Below are positions 36,752-46,261 of a stretch of 64,000 bases of DNA, piece after piece. The translations under genes and the position numbers were made by a program. Location of the stretch: contig JBEKKX010000001.1 in NCBI GenBank assembly GCA_050010515.1, forward strand, positions 53,552 through 117,551, read 5' to 3'. The notes beneath the pieces are model-generated. The model made no database searches. It was not told the origin of the DNA and saw only the letters and a program-made list of their open reading frames with translations. Position 1 is the stretch's first letter, and every line of letters begins with the position of its first letter. This DNA is from Candidatus Bathyarchaeia archaeon (GTDB lineage: Archaea; Thermoproteota; Bathyarchaeia; Bathyarchaeales; Bathycorpusculaceae).

Positions 36752-36841
36752 TAAGCCTTTTTCTCCTATTCCTTTTTGTTGACGCTAACTTTGTTGAGGT
36801 TATGTTTTTTAAATGTGTAAGCGTATTTATCTGTCTAATGG

Positions 36842-37702
36842 ATGCAGTTAGCGATGAAAACAAAGGTAATCTATTCAGAAAAATGTTTAGGCTACGGCAC
36901 ATGGCACATTGAAGGACCACAACGAGTAAAAACCGCATCTGAAATTTTGAAAGCTAAAGGTTACGAGTTTTTGGAGCCAACGCCTGCAAGTGAAGAAGAC
37001 TTGTTAACTGTTCATGATGCTGATTACCTTTGGAATCTAAAGAAAGGCTTAGTTGAAGATTCAGATACACCTGCATATGACAAAATCTATGAGTTTGCGA
37101 GGCTTTCGGTTGGTGGTGCACTTTTAGCCTCAAGAATTAATGGTTTTTCGCTTATGCGTCCACCCGGACACCATGTTGGAAGAAGCGGTGCTGCTTTGGG
37201 TGTTTACACGCGTGGGTTCTGCTACCTCAACAATATTGCGGTAGCTGTTAAAGAGTTAGGCAAAAGAACGCTGATTCTGGATATTGACGGACACCACGGC
37301 AACGGGACGCAGGAGATTTTTCAAGGTGACGAGAAAATCCTTTACGTTTCGCTGCATCAATCGTCCAATTATCCTGGAACTGGCTCTTTCACTGAAGGTA
37401 ATTGTGTTAATTTTGCTTTGCCAGCAGATTGTGGTGGAAAACGTTATTTGGAGACGCTTGACAAAGCCTTGGGAATGGTTGATTTGGGCAGGTTTGAGGA
37501 GATTGCCGTTTCCGCTGGTTTCGATACGCATCTGGGTGATTTAGCGTCTTTAGGCTTAATTGAGCAAGATTACTTTGACATTGGCAAAAGAGTTGCTTTG
37601 CTAGGGAAGCCTATGTTTCTTGTTTTGGAGGGTGGTTATATAGGTGAAAAGGTTGGGTTGGATATTGATATGCTTTTGAAGGGTTACGAAGAAAACAGAT
37701 AA
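36842..37702 (+). CDS. Histone-deacetylase/AcuC-family Zn deacetylase
   Basis: RPPGHH, GFCYLNN, DIDGHHGNGTQ, SAGFD, LEGGY. Confidence 0.92.
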   Translation: MQLAMKTKVIYSEKCLGYGTWHIEGPQRVKTASEILKAKGYEFLEPTPASEEDLLTVHDADYLWNLKKGLVEDSDTPAYDKIYEFARLSVGGALLASRINGFSLMRPPGHHVGRSGAALGVYTRGFCYLNNIAVAVKELGKRTLILDIDGHHGNGTQEIFQGDEKILYVSLHQSSNYPGTGSFTEGNCVNFALPADCGGKRYLETLDKALGMVDLGRFEEIAVSAGFDTHLGDLASLGLIEQDYFDIGKRVALLGKPMFLVLEGGYIGEKVGLDIDMLLKGYEENR

Positions 37703-37715
37703 TTTGGAAAAGGAC

Positions 37716-38384
37716 TTACTTTTGCTTCTGTTTTGCAAGTGTCTTCTTGTTTAGTGCTTCAAGCTTCTCTGTAACTTTTTCAGACCGCTTCTCTGCAACC
37801 GCTAACAATGGTTTCCAGTCTTTGTTTTTAACGGTAGTTGTTAGTTGTTCGCATTGCACCGACAGTTTTTCAAGTGCGTCGTTGAAGAGTTTTTCTGCAG
37901 CTTCGTCTGAATCCACTATTTCCAGTGCCTCTTCTGGACATGATTCTACGCATTTTGGTTCGCCTTGGCAAAGGTCACATGCGATAGATTTTCCAGTGTC
38001 ACAGTTGATGGTGATTCCTCCATGTTCGCAGGCTTGTACGCACCAGTCGCAGCCTTTACATTTTTTTTCGTCTATGATTAGTAAGCCTGTGTCTTCTGCT
38101 TGTGAGAGCGCGTTTTCCGGACATGCCTTAACGCATCTAGCGTCCTTGCATGCTCGGCATGATAATGCAAAGTTGAAGAGTGGTGCCATGCGGACAACTC
38201 GGATTCTGGACCGCATCGGGTTCCACATAGATTCGCCTTTTTCTACTGTGCAAGCATACTCGCAGATCCCGCAGCCAATGCACTTGCCCGGGTCAACGGC
38301 TACAAATTTTCTTTTTTGTTCGCTTTTAGCGGATTGCATTTTTGCATCAGACCTTTTTTGTTGCTTGAATATTGTGCGCATCAT
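37716..38384 (-). CDS. CooF/HycB-like polyferredoxin (4x[4Fe-4S])
   Basis: CIGCGICEYAC, CRACKDARCVKACP, CKGCDWCVQAC, CDLCQGEPKCVESCP. Confidence 0.9.
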   Translation of the reverse strand: MMRTIFKQQKRSDAKMQSAKSEQKRKFVAVDPGKCIGCGICEYACTVEKGESMWNPMRSRIRVVRMAPLFNFALSCRACKDARCVKACPENALSQAEDTGLLIIDEKKCKGCDWCVQACEHGGITINCDTGKSIACDLCQGEPKCVESCPEEALEIVDSDEAAEKLFNDALEKLSVQCEQLTTTVKNKDWKPLLAVAEKRSEKVTEKLEALNKKTLAKQKQK

Positions 38385-38479
38385 TGCCTTTTAACCGTTA
38401 CTTATGAAAAATGATTTTTTGATGAAAAAGTTGCTCTGCAAATAATTTGCGTCTTACATGCTGTTATTACTACTTAGAA

Positions 38480-38517
38480 TGCGGAGGGTGGGATTTGAAC
38501 CCACGAACCCCTGCGGG
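38480..38517 (-). repeat. att-like exact copy of the 3' 38 nt of tRNA-Leu
   Basis: tgcggagggtgggatttgaacccacgaacccctgcggg is identical at 38480-38517 and 39109-39146. Confidence 0.95.
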
Positions 38518-38547
38518 TTTCCATTTAGCGGTCCGTAAGTTTGTGCA

Positions 38548-38811
38548 TTATGGCATTTTTCCCTTATAGAGGTCCGCTGTGCTATAACCATGCTCTCTCT
38601 CCATCTTTTCTCTAAAGTCCTTGTCATTAGTGATTTTCCAGCAAAGTAAAGCATCCTCAACGTTTTTCCGCATCCAAATTTGCCCCTTACTTATCAGAAC
38701 AACTTCAAAGCGGTCGTTGAACCACTTTTCAGCTTCGGCAATATTATCGGTAATTCTAGTAATATACAGGTGCTTGTTTGTCAGCGCTTCTTGGAGTTCC
38801 TTTGTGCTCAT
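38548..38811 (-). CDS. Hypothetical protein inside the att-bounded element (87 aa from ATG 38811; the track extends it to 38925)
   Basis: Open frame with an ordinary globular composition; no family recognised. Confidence 0.45.
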   Translation of the reverse strand: MSTKELQEALTNKHLYITRITDNIAEAEKWFNDRFEVVLISKGQIWMRKNVEDALLCWKITNDKDFREKMEREHGYSTADLYKGKMP

Positions 38812-39105
38812 TTTTCTTTTCTCTCGCTCTTTCTTAACCTTCTTATTTTTACTCGAAAACGACTCTATTTTGTATTGTCTGTGCTTATTTGATTTATGTA
38901 GAACTTGCCTGATTAGAGCTAACAATAGTAGCTAAAATAACAAACCAAGTGCGTAATGTTTTTGATTTTTTTGTGTTAATAACTTCCTTTGAAAATTCCC
39001 AAGCAAGGCTTTTACTTGAATGATATGCTTTCCTGCAGAATTGGTAAACAGGATAAACAAGTCTTGGGAACAATAACCTTGATTTAAAATCCGAAGGGCG
39101 AAAGA

Positions 39106-39193
39106 TGGTGCGGAGGGTGGGATTTGAACCCACGAACCCCTGCGGGATAGGAGCCTCAGTCCTACGCCTTTGGCCATGCTGGGCGACCTCCGC
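39106..39193 (-). tRNA. tRNA-Leu (anticodon GAG), intronless, CCA encoded
   Basis: GCGGAGG/CCTCCGC acceptor stem, TAGGA-CTGAGGC-TCCTA anticodon arm, long variable arm, GGGTTCAAATCCC T-arm, ACCA. Confidence 0.97.
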
Positions 39194-39390
39194 GAGCATG
39201 TTTTTTGCTTGTTTGAGGTTGGTGCGAAATATAGAATTAGTCATGGCATTTAAAGACTTTACTTTGCGGGCTGGCGTGTTGGAGTGTTAGATTTGTTTAT
39301 TACTGTGAAGGTTCTGAATAGTTTTGGGATTGGGGATAGGTTTATTTCCCCGATAAATATAACAGTGTTATAATAACAGGCGAATTAATT

Positions 39391-40344
39391 ATGACAAAAA
39401 TATACAACAACGTTCTCGAAACCATAGGAGAAACGCCATTAATAAAACTAAACCGGCTAACCCAAGGCACAAGCGCCACCGTGGTAGCCAAACTTGAATC
39501 CAGAAACCCAGGCGGAAGCGTCAAAGACCGCATATGCCTAAGCATGATAGTTGAAGCGGAAAAACAAGGCTTAACCAAACCAGGCACCACCATAATCGAA
39601 CCGACAAGCGGCAACACAGGCATCGGCTTAGCCATGGTAGCAGCCGTAAAAGGCTACAAACTAATACTCACCATGCCAGAAACCATGAGCATCGAACGCC
39701 GCAGCCTACTCAAAGCCTACGGCGCACAACTCGTCCTTACACCAGGACCAGACGGCATGGGAGGAGCCATCAAAAAAGCTGAAGAACTCGCCAAAAGCAC
39801 ACCCAACAGTTTCGTGCCACAACAATTCAAAAATCTAGCAAACCCAAAGGTTCACAGAGAAACCACTGGACCAGAAATTTGGACTGCGACAGACGGCAAA
39901 GTAGATATCGTGGTCTCAGGAGTCGGAACAGGCGGAACGATAACTGGCATAGCAGAATACATCAAACCGCTTAAACCCGAGTTTAAAGCCGTAGCAGTTG
40001 AACCAGCAGCTTCGCCAGTCCTTAGCGGCGGCCAGAAAGGACCACACAAAATCCAAGGAATAGGCGCAGGCTTCAAACCAGACGTGCTGAAACTTGATTT
40101 AGTGGATGAAATATTCAAAGTAAAAGATGATGACGCTATACAAACCGCGCGGCAACTTGTCCTAAAAGAGGGCTTACTTGTAGGCATATCCTCAGGTGCA
40201 GCAACCTTCGCAGCCTTAGAAATAGCTAAACGGCTAGAAAACAAAGGCAAGCTAATAGTCGTTATTCTCCCAGATACAGGCGAACGCTACCTTAGCACAG
40301 TATTATTCCAAGAACCGCCAACAAGCACAAACTCTAACGTCTAA
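39391..40344 (+). CDS. cysK: Cysteine synthase A (O-acetylserine sulfhydrylase)
   Basis: NPGGSVKDR (PLP Lys), [27 protein letters not shown]. Confidence 0.96.
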   Translation: MTKIYNNVLETIGETPLIKLNRLTQGTSATVVAKLESRNPGGSVKDRICLSMIVEAEKQGLTKPGTTIIEPTSGNTGIGLAMVAAVKGYKLILTMPETMSIERRSLLKAYGAQLVLTPGPDGMGGAIKKAEELAKSTPNSFVPQQFKNLANPKVHRETTGPEIWTATDGKVDIVVSGVGTGGTITGIAEYIKPLKPEFKAVAVEPAASPVLSGGQKGPHKIQGIGAGFKPDVLKLDLVDEIFKVKDDDAIQTARQLVLKEGLLVGISSGAATFAALEIAKRLENKGKLIVVILPDTGERYLSTVLFQEPPTSTNSNV

Positions 40345-40390
40345 GTCGTCGTTTACAAGACGCTTCTCTTATATTCTCCCTTTATTCATA

Positions 40391-41467
40391 ATGAGAGGAA
40401 GTGAAGAAAAAATGACAGCAAAATCTAACCAGCCCCGCCCGAAAGAATACGAAGAATGCACAGATAAAAACTTGGAAAATGACTGTTGGAACCCAGAGAG
40501 AATGTTAGATGTACTCATGCGCAACCATGATAAAGTGGAGCAGAACTGGGTTTTAAAAGGCTTACCAAAATTAGTAGACGACATCATGGCTAATTACCAA
40601 GCCTTCGGCGGCATGGACCACCTTGAAGGACGCGATCTTCCATCAAAAAAAATAGTTATCGAAGTGTTAGAAGATTTATTCACAATTCTTTTCCCAGGCT
40701 ACTTAGGCAAAGAGGAAATCACAAAAGCCAACATAAAATATCATTTAGGCATCACTCTAACTTCAGTTTATACAAGACTCACAGATGAAGTTGAAAAAAG
40801 CCTAAAATATATCTGCAGAAAAGTCAGCGAGTGCCCACAGGACGTATGCCAACAAAGAGCCCGCGTCGTAGTTAAAGAACTTCTGGAAAAATTGCCTGAA
40901 ATAAGATCAATGTTAAGCGGAGACATCCAAGCCGCTTACGCAGGAGATCCAGCAGCCATAAGCATAGAAGAAGTCATTCTAAGCTACCCATGTGTATTGG
41001 CGATAACGACTAACAGGATAGCCCACGAACTTTACCTGAGAGGAATCCCCTTGATTCCGAGAATAATGAGCGAACACGTTCATTCCTTAACCGGTATAGA
41101 TATTCATCCGGGCGCAAAAATTGGCAAAAACTTCTTCATCGACCATGGAACCGGAGTAGTCATTGGGGAAACCACAGAAATAGGCGACAACGTCAAACTT
41201 TACCAAGGCGTGACCTTAGGTGCGCTGAGTTTTCCAAAAGACGAGAAAGGAAACATTATCAAAGGAAGAAAGAGACACCCGACGGTGGGAAGCAAGGTAG
41301 TTATCTATTCAGGCGCAACTCTTCTGGGACCAGATGCAATAATCGGTGATAACGTAGTCATAGGCGGAAATGTCTGGATAACCTCACCGATTGCCTCAGG
41401 AACAACAATAACCATTGCTGCACCAGAACAAAACTATAAAAAAGAAAACCATAAAGAAAAAACTTAA
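40391..41467 (+). CDS. cysE: Serine O-acetyltransferase with an N-terminal extension
   Basis: GDPAA, RIAH, TGIDIHPGAKIG..FFIDHGTGVVIGET, YQGVTLG, RHPTV. Confidence 0.93.
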   Translation: MRGSEEKMTAKSNQPRPKEYEECTDKNLENDCWNPERMLDVLMRNHDKVEQNWVLKGLPKLVDDIMANYQAFGGMDHLEGRDLPSKKIVIEVLEDLFTILFPGYLGKEEITKANIKYHLGITLTSVYTRLTDEVEKSLKYICRKVSECPQDVCQQRARVVVKELLEKLPEIRSMLSGDIQAAYAGDPAAISIEEVILSYPCVLAITTNRIAHELYLRGIPLIPRIMSEHVHSLTGIDIHPGAKIGKNFFIDHGTGVVIGETTEIGDNVKLYQGVTLGALSFPKDEKGNIIKGRKRHPTVGSKVVIYSGATLLGPDAIIGDNVVIGGNVWITSPIASGTTITIAAPEQNYKKENHKEKT

Positions 41468-41468
41468 A

Positions 41469-41930
41469 CTAGACTATGCGGAAGTTTTCCTTCACCGTAG
41501 TCAAAACTACATGAGTGTTTGTTCGCTCAATAAACGGCAAAGATAACAATCGCTTAGTGAACTGCCCAAGTTCCTCTCGACTCTTAAACTTAGCAACAAT
41601 AATAGCATCCGTCAAGCCTGTCACGTCATAGACACAGCAAACGTTGGATATTTTAGCTATTTCATTTTCAGTTTCCACAAGCCTGCCCTTAGAAACCGTA
41701 ATCTCAGTTACAACTGTCAATTGATAACCAAGTTTTTCGTGATCTAGCAGAACAGAATAACCCTTGATGAGACCCTCATCTTCCATCTTTTTAATTCTAG
41801 ACAAAACTGTTCCAACTGATACGCCGACGTTCTTGGCTATTTGCCTGCTTGAAAACCTTGCATCCTCTAAAAGGCTTTTGAGAATTTTTAAATCAGTTTC
41901 ATTTAAATCCGTAAACATAACCCCCTGCAC
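41469..41930 (-). CDS. Lrp/AsnC-family transcription regulator
   Basis: LNETDLKILKSLLEDARFSSRQIA HTH; VTGLTD. Confidence 0.93.
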   Translation of the reverse strand: MQGVMFTDLNETDLKILKSLLEDARFSSRQIAKNVGVSVGTVLSRIKKMEDEGLIKGYSVLLDHEKLGYQLTVVTEITVSKGRLVETENEIAKISNVCCVYDVTGLTDAIIVAKFKSREELGQFTKRLLSLPFIERTNTHVVLTTVKENFRIV

Positions 41931-42139
41931 GTTCTTTCAATTAAACTCGTTTTTTCGAAACATTATTTTAATTATTACACGATTATATTAATAAAAGTTT
42001 AGTTTACACTATCAACCAAAGGATGCTAAAGTTAAAGGAAAACCATTTTAAGGTTCAAAAACTGCTTTGACTTTGACGTGAAACGGATAGCAATCTTAAA
42101 TTACCAGCAGCTTAAACTCAATAATTTGAGCCACTACAA

Positions 42140-43690
42140 ATGCAAGCAAAATACGACACGATATTGGTACTTGACTTTGGGGGGCAATACTGCCATCTTA
42201 TAGGCAGAAGAATCAGGGAAAACGGCGTTTATTCAGAAATTGTTGCCCACGACATATCACCCGAAGAGGTTAAGGCTCTAAACGAAAAATTCAATGTTAA
42301 AGGCTTAATTCTTTCAGGCGGACCCTCAAGCGTCTACGAACCAAACGCGCCCAAGCTTAACCCCCGCATTTTAGAAGCGAATTTACCGATTCTAGGCTTA
42401 TGCTACGGACACCAGCTGTTAGCTCAGTTAGCCAATGGCAAAGTTGAGCCCGCAGCCTGCAAAGAATACGGAACCGCACAAGTATTCATCGACAAGCCAG
42501 TAGGTGTACTGGAAGGCTTAAATGAGAAAGAAAAAGTTTGGATGAGCCACGGCGACACAGTTTTTGCACTGCCACAGGAGTTTGAAGTGTTAGCTCACAC
42601 GGAAAACTGCCCAGTTGCCGCGTTTAGGCATAAGCAAAAACCAATTTACGGTCTACAGTGGCATCCTGAAGTTATTCACACCGAAAATGGCATGCTCATG
42701 CTCCGCAACTTTATATTTCAAGTATGCAAGTGCCAAGCCAACTGGCAGATGGAAGATCTAATAGGAAAAGTGGTTGCAGAATTAAAATCGGAGATAGGCG
42801 GAAGCAGAGCCATAATAGGCTTAAGCGGAGGCATAGATTCAAGCGTCGCCACCGCACTTGCAGCTAAAGCAGTTGGCGATAAGTTAACAGCGGTTTTTGT
42901 AGATCATGGATTCATGCGGGAAGGCGAACCTGAAGCAATCCGAGAAGCGTTCCAAAAGTTCCCAATTAACTTCATAGTAGCTAACGCGCAAGAGCGTTTT
43001 ATGCAGAAATTAATAGGCGTCGTAGACCCAGAAACGAAGCGGAAAGTAATCGGGGAAGAGTTTATTCGAGTTTTCGAGGAAATCGCTAATGAATCAGGCG
43101 CCGAATACCTAATTCAGGGAACCATTTATCCTGACAGGATTGAATCAGGATTCAGAAAAAATTCTAACAAAATAAAAAGCCACCACAATGTTGCAGGGCT
43201 CCCGGAAAAAATAAAGTTCAAGAAAATTCTGGAACCTCTACGTGATTTATACAAGGATGAGGTGCGTAAAGTAGCCAGGATGCTTGATTTGCCCAAAGAA
43301 ATAGTTACAAGGCAACCGTTTCCTGGACCTGGTTTAGCAGTTAGGATAATTGGCGAATTAACTGCTGAAAAAGTTGGAATCGCCAAGAAAGCAGACAAAA
43401 TTGTCCGCGAAGAGATTGAGAGCAATGGCTTAGCTGAGAATCTCTGGCAGTACTTTGCCGTATTAACAGACACTAAGGCGACTGGCGTAAAAGGTGATGC
43501 TCGAGCATACGGCTACGTAGTTGCAGTTAGAGCTGCAGAGAGCCGAGAAGCCATGACAGCAAGTTTTGCCAATATTCCTTATCCCGTTTTGGAGAAAATC
43601 TCTACTAGAATAACAAATGAGATACCGCAGGTTACCCGCGTAGTTTATGATATCACCCATAAACCGCCTGCAACAATCGAGTGGGAATGA
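42140..43690 (+). CDS. guaA: GMP synthase (fused GATase and ATPPase)
   Basis: LDFGGQY, GLCYGHQ, QWHPE, LSGGIDS, QGTIYPDRIES, PFPGPGL. Confidence 0.97.
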   Translation: MQAKYDTILVLDFGGQYCHLIGRRIRENGVYSEIVAHDISPEEVKALNEKFNVKGLILSGGPSSVYEPNAPKLNPRILEANLPILGLCYGHQLLAQLANGKVEPAACKEYGTAQVFIDKPVGVLEGLNEKEKVWMSHGDTVFALPQEFEVLAHTENCPVAAFRHKQKPIYGLQWHPEVIHTENGMLMLRNFIFQVCKCQANWQMEDLIGKVVAELKSEIGGSRAIIGLSGGIDSSVATALAAKAVGDKLTAVFVDHGFMREGEPEAIREAFQKFPINFIVANAQERFMQKLIGVVDPETKRKVIGEEFIRVFEEIANESGAEYLIQGTIYPDRIESGFRKNSNKIKSHHNVAGLPEKIKFKKILEPLRDLYKDEVRKVARMLDLPKEIVTRQPFPGPGLAVRIIGELTAEKVGIAKKADKIVREEIESNGLAENLWQYFAVLTDTKATGVKGDARAYGYVVAVRAAESREAMTASFANIPYPVLEKISTRITNEIPQVTRVVYDITHKPPATIEWE

Positions 43691-43744
43691 AACAGCTCCC
43701 ATAAGTGTTTAAATAAAAACAAGTCAATACATTACTTCACACAG

Positions 43745-44809
43745 GTGATGTTGCTGAAGGGGTTAATCTTAGCAGGTGGCTTCGCAACAAGGCTACGACC
43801 ATTAAGTTGCTCTAGGCCTAAAACTCTTTTTCCAATAGTTAACAAGCCATTACTTGAATGGATTTTTGAAAGATTATCTAACAACGGCGTTGAAGAAGCC
43901 ATACTGGCAGCTAACGCACTAACACAATTTTATGTTAAACAGCAGCGACCGCATAGACATGGTTTGAAAGTAAAGTTTTCAATTGACCCGCCGAAAATGC
44001 CACTGGGAACCGCAGGACCTGTAAAAAAAGCCGAAAAACTCTTAGGTCATGATGAGCCGTTCATTGTTTTGAACGGTGACATTTTTGCGGATTTAAGCTA
44101 CAGAGAACTGCTGGATACACACGTTAAAACGAAGGCTTTAGCAACAATTGCGCTTTGCAAAGTTGAAGACCCATGCAGGTACGGTGTGGCGGAAATAGTA
44201 AATGGCAACTGCATAAAAAGGTTCATTGAAAAGCCCCCAAAAGATAAAGCGCCGAGCAACCTCATAAATGCAGGAGTCTACGTTCTAAGCCCAAAAGTCT
44301 TCGAGTATATTCCCTCAGGAAGAGCAGTTTCCATGGAGCGAGAGGTTTTCCCCAAACTAGCTGAAGAAGGAAAACTTTACGGTCATTTAGTTAATGGCTT
44401 ATGGATGGATATAGGAAAACCAGAAGAGTACTTGGAAACAAACAAAATAATACTTGATTACTTATCTAAAAATTTCAAACAAGAAGGCGCAAAAAACTTT
44501 GAGTTAAAGAATCCTGTTGCCTTCGACAAGGGCGTCTCAATAGCGGAAAAGTCAGTTATCGGTCCATACGCCATTTTGGGAAAAAATGTTACAGTCGGCA
44601 AAAACGCGCAAATAAGTAATTCGGTAATTTTTCCTAATGTTGAAATTGACGATTTTGTGTCGATAGATGGAGCATTAATCGGTGAAGGAGCACGAATTGG
44701 AAAGCATGTTAAAATTACCAGCGGTTGTATAATCGGCGACCATGCAAAAATCAAAGATAACCTACACCTATCAGATGCTACTGTCTGTCCAGCAAAAGAA
44801 GTCTCGTGA
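43745..44809 (+). CDS. NDP-sugar pyrophosphorylase (mannose-1-phosphate guanylyltransferase-like)
   Basis: LAGGFATRLRPL..PK, LGTAG, NGD, EKP, C-terminal hexapeptide repeats. Confidence 0.92.
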   Translation: MMLLKGLILAGGFATRLRPLSCSRPKTLFPIVNKPLLEWIFERLSNNGVEEAILAANALTQFYVKQQRPHRHGLKVKFSIDPPKMPLGTAGPVKKAEKLLGHDEPFIVLNGDIFADLSYRELLDTHVKTKALATIALCKVEDPCRYGVAEIVNGNCIKRFIEKPPKDKAPSNLINAGVYVLSPKVFEYIPSGRAVSMEREVFPKLAEEGKLYGHLVNGLWMDIGKPEEYLETNKIILDYLSKNFKQEGAKNFELKNPVAFDKGVSIAEKSVIGPYAILGKNVTVGKNAQISNSVIFPNVEIDDFVSIDGALIGEGARIGKHVKITSGCIIGDHAKIKDNLHLSDATVCPAKEVS

Positions 44810-44852
44810 AAACATTTTAAAACCCAAGACCAACTGTTAAGTAAGCAATGAG

Positions 44853-46229
44853 TTGAAATTTATGAGTGAAAGAAAACTTTTTGGAACAAACGGCATCAGA
44901 GGCCTAGTCAACGTAGAATTAACGCCTGAAATGGCCATAAAAGTCGGTTGCGCAATCGGAACTTTTTTTGGAAGAAAAAATTTACTTATTGGATATGATG
45001 CTAGAACCAGCGGACCCATGCTTGCTAAAGCAGTGATTTCTGGTTTAACCGCTACTGGATGCCATGTGTTTTTCGCTGGGATGGCTCCAACGCCCGCGCT
45101 GCAATATGCTGTTAAAAACCATAAGATGGATGGCGGCGTCATAATTACTGCTTCACATAATCCGCCTGAATATAACGGTATTAAAGTGATTTGGAGCGAT
45201 GGCATAGAAACTTCACATGAGCAAGAAGTCGAAATAGAGAACATTTACTTTGACAACAAAATAGTATTCGCAGAATGGGACAAACTGGGAACGTTGCAGG
45301 AACTTCCCGGAATTAACGATGAATACGTCCAAGCCATAAAAAAGCACGTTGACCCCCAAAAAATAGCCGAAAAACACTTTCACGTTATGGTAGACGCGGC
45401 TAACAGCGTGGGTGGCCTCACAGCACCGCAATTGTTAAGGGAACTTGGCTGCAAAGTAACCACTATCAACGCTAACATTGACGGCACTTTCCCAGGACGA
45501 TTACCAGAACCGAGACCTGAGAACCTCACTGATTTATCTTCAACTGTTAAAGCAATTGGTGCAGACTTAGGTGTAGCTTTTGATGGCGATGCTGACCGAT
45601 CCATTTTCGTTGACGAGAATGGCGTGATTTACTGGGGAGACAAAACCTTTGCAGTAATAATAAAACAGTTCCTAATCAAAAATCCAGGAGCAAAAATAGT
45701 TACACCTGTAAGCTCCTCTACATTAATCAAAGACACAGTAGAAGCCTACAAAGGAGAGTTAATCTGGACTAAAGTTGGAAGCGTAACGGTTTCCCAGAAA
45801 ATGAAAGAGTTAAACGCTAAACTGGGTGGAGAAGAAAACGGCGGAATTTTCTATGGCCCACACCAAGCAGTCCGAGATGGAGCAATGACAACGGCCCTGA
45901 TACTTAACATAATGGCTGAAACTGGAGAGAAACTGTCTAAACTCGTGGCTGAGCAACCGCAATACTTTATCGAAAAAGGAAAAATCGATTGTCCAGACGA
46001 GAAAAAAGAAATATTACTGCAAAAATTGTACGCGGAAGTAAAAGGCGAAAATATCAGCACAATTGATGGGGTAAAAATTTGGTTCAGCGACAACAGCGCC
46101 ATCCTGATTAGACCAAGCGGAACGGAACCCGTGTTCAGGTTATATGCTGAAGCGAAAAACGAAGAAAAAGCATTAAAGCTAGTTGAAGACTACAGTTCAA
46201 GGCTTAAAAAAATCCTCGAAACCATATAG
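44853..46229 (+). CDS. glmM: Phosphoglucosamine/phosphomannomutase
   Basis: FGTNGIRG, ITASHNP (phospho-Ser), DGDADR, GGEENG, IRPSGTEP. Confidence 0.88.
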   Translation: MKFMSERKLFGTNGIRGLVNVELTPEMAIKVGCAIGTFFGRKNLLIGYDARTSGPMLAKAVISGLTATGCHVFFAGMAPTPALQYAVKNHKMDGGVIITASHNPPEYNGIKVIWSDGIETSHEQEVEIENIYFDNKIVFAEWDKLGTLQELPGINDEYVQAIKKHVDPQKIAEKHFHVMVDAANSVGGLTAPQLLRELGCKVTTINANIDGTFPGRLPEPRPENLTDLSSTVKAIGADLGVAFDGDADRSIFVDENGVIYWGDKTFAVIIKQFLIKNPGAKIVTPVSSSTLIKDTVEAYKGELIWTKVGSVTVSQKMKELNAKLGGEENGGIFYGPHQAVRDGAMTTALILNIMAETGEKLSKLVAEQPQYFIEKGKIDCPDEKKEILLQKLYAEVKGENISTIDGVKIWFSDNSAILIRPSGTEPVFRLYAEAKNEEKALKLVEDYSSRLKKILETI

Positions 46230-46261
46230 CAAACCTATGGTGCTTTGGAGAAACCCAGCTA

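Larger units (their letters stand above)
38480..39146. mobile_element. tRNA-integrated micro-island / excision remnant (~590 bp between att repeats), no integrase
   Basis: Direct 38-bp repeats, one of them inside tRNA-Leu; AT-rich interior. Confidence 0.7.

Noticed and set aside
38894-39244. 116-aa ORF as an SSV-type split integrase N-terminus
   Set aside because: It runs through the tRNA gene and shows no tyrosine-recombinase R-H-R-Y motifs on either side of the att sites
42140-43690. Fused GuaA as unusual
   Set aside because: Single-chain GMP synthase is common in bacteria and several archaeal lineages
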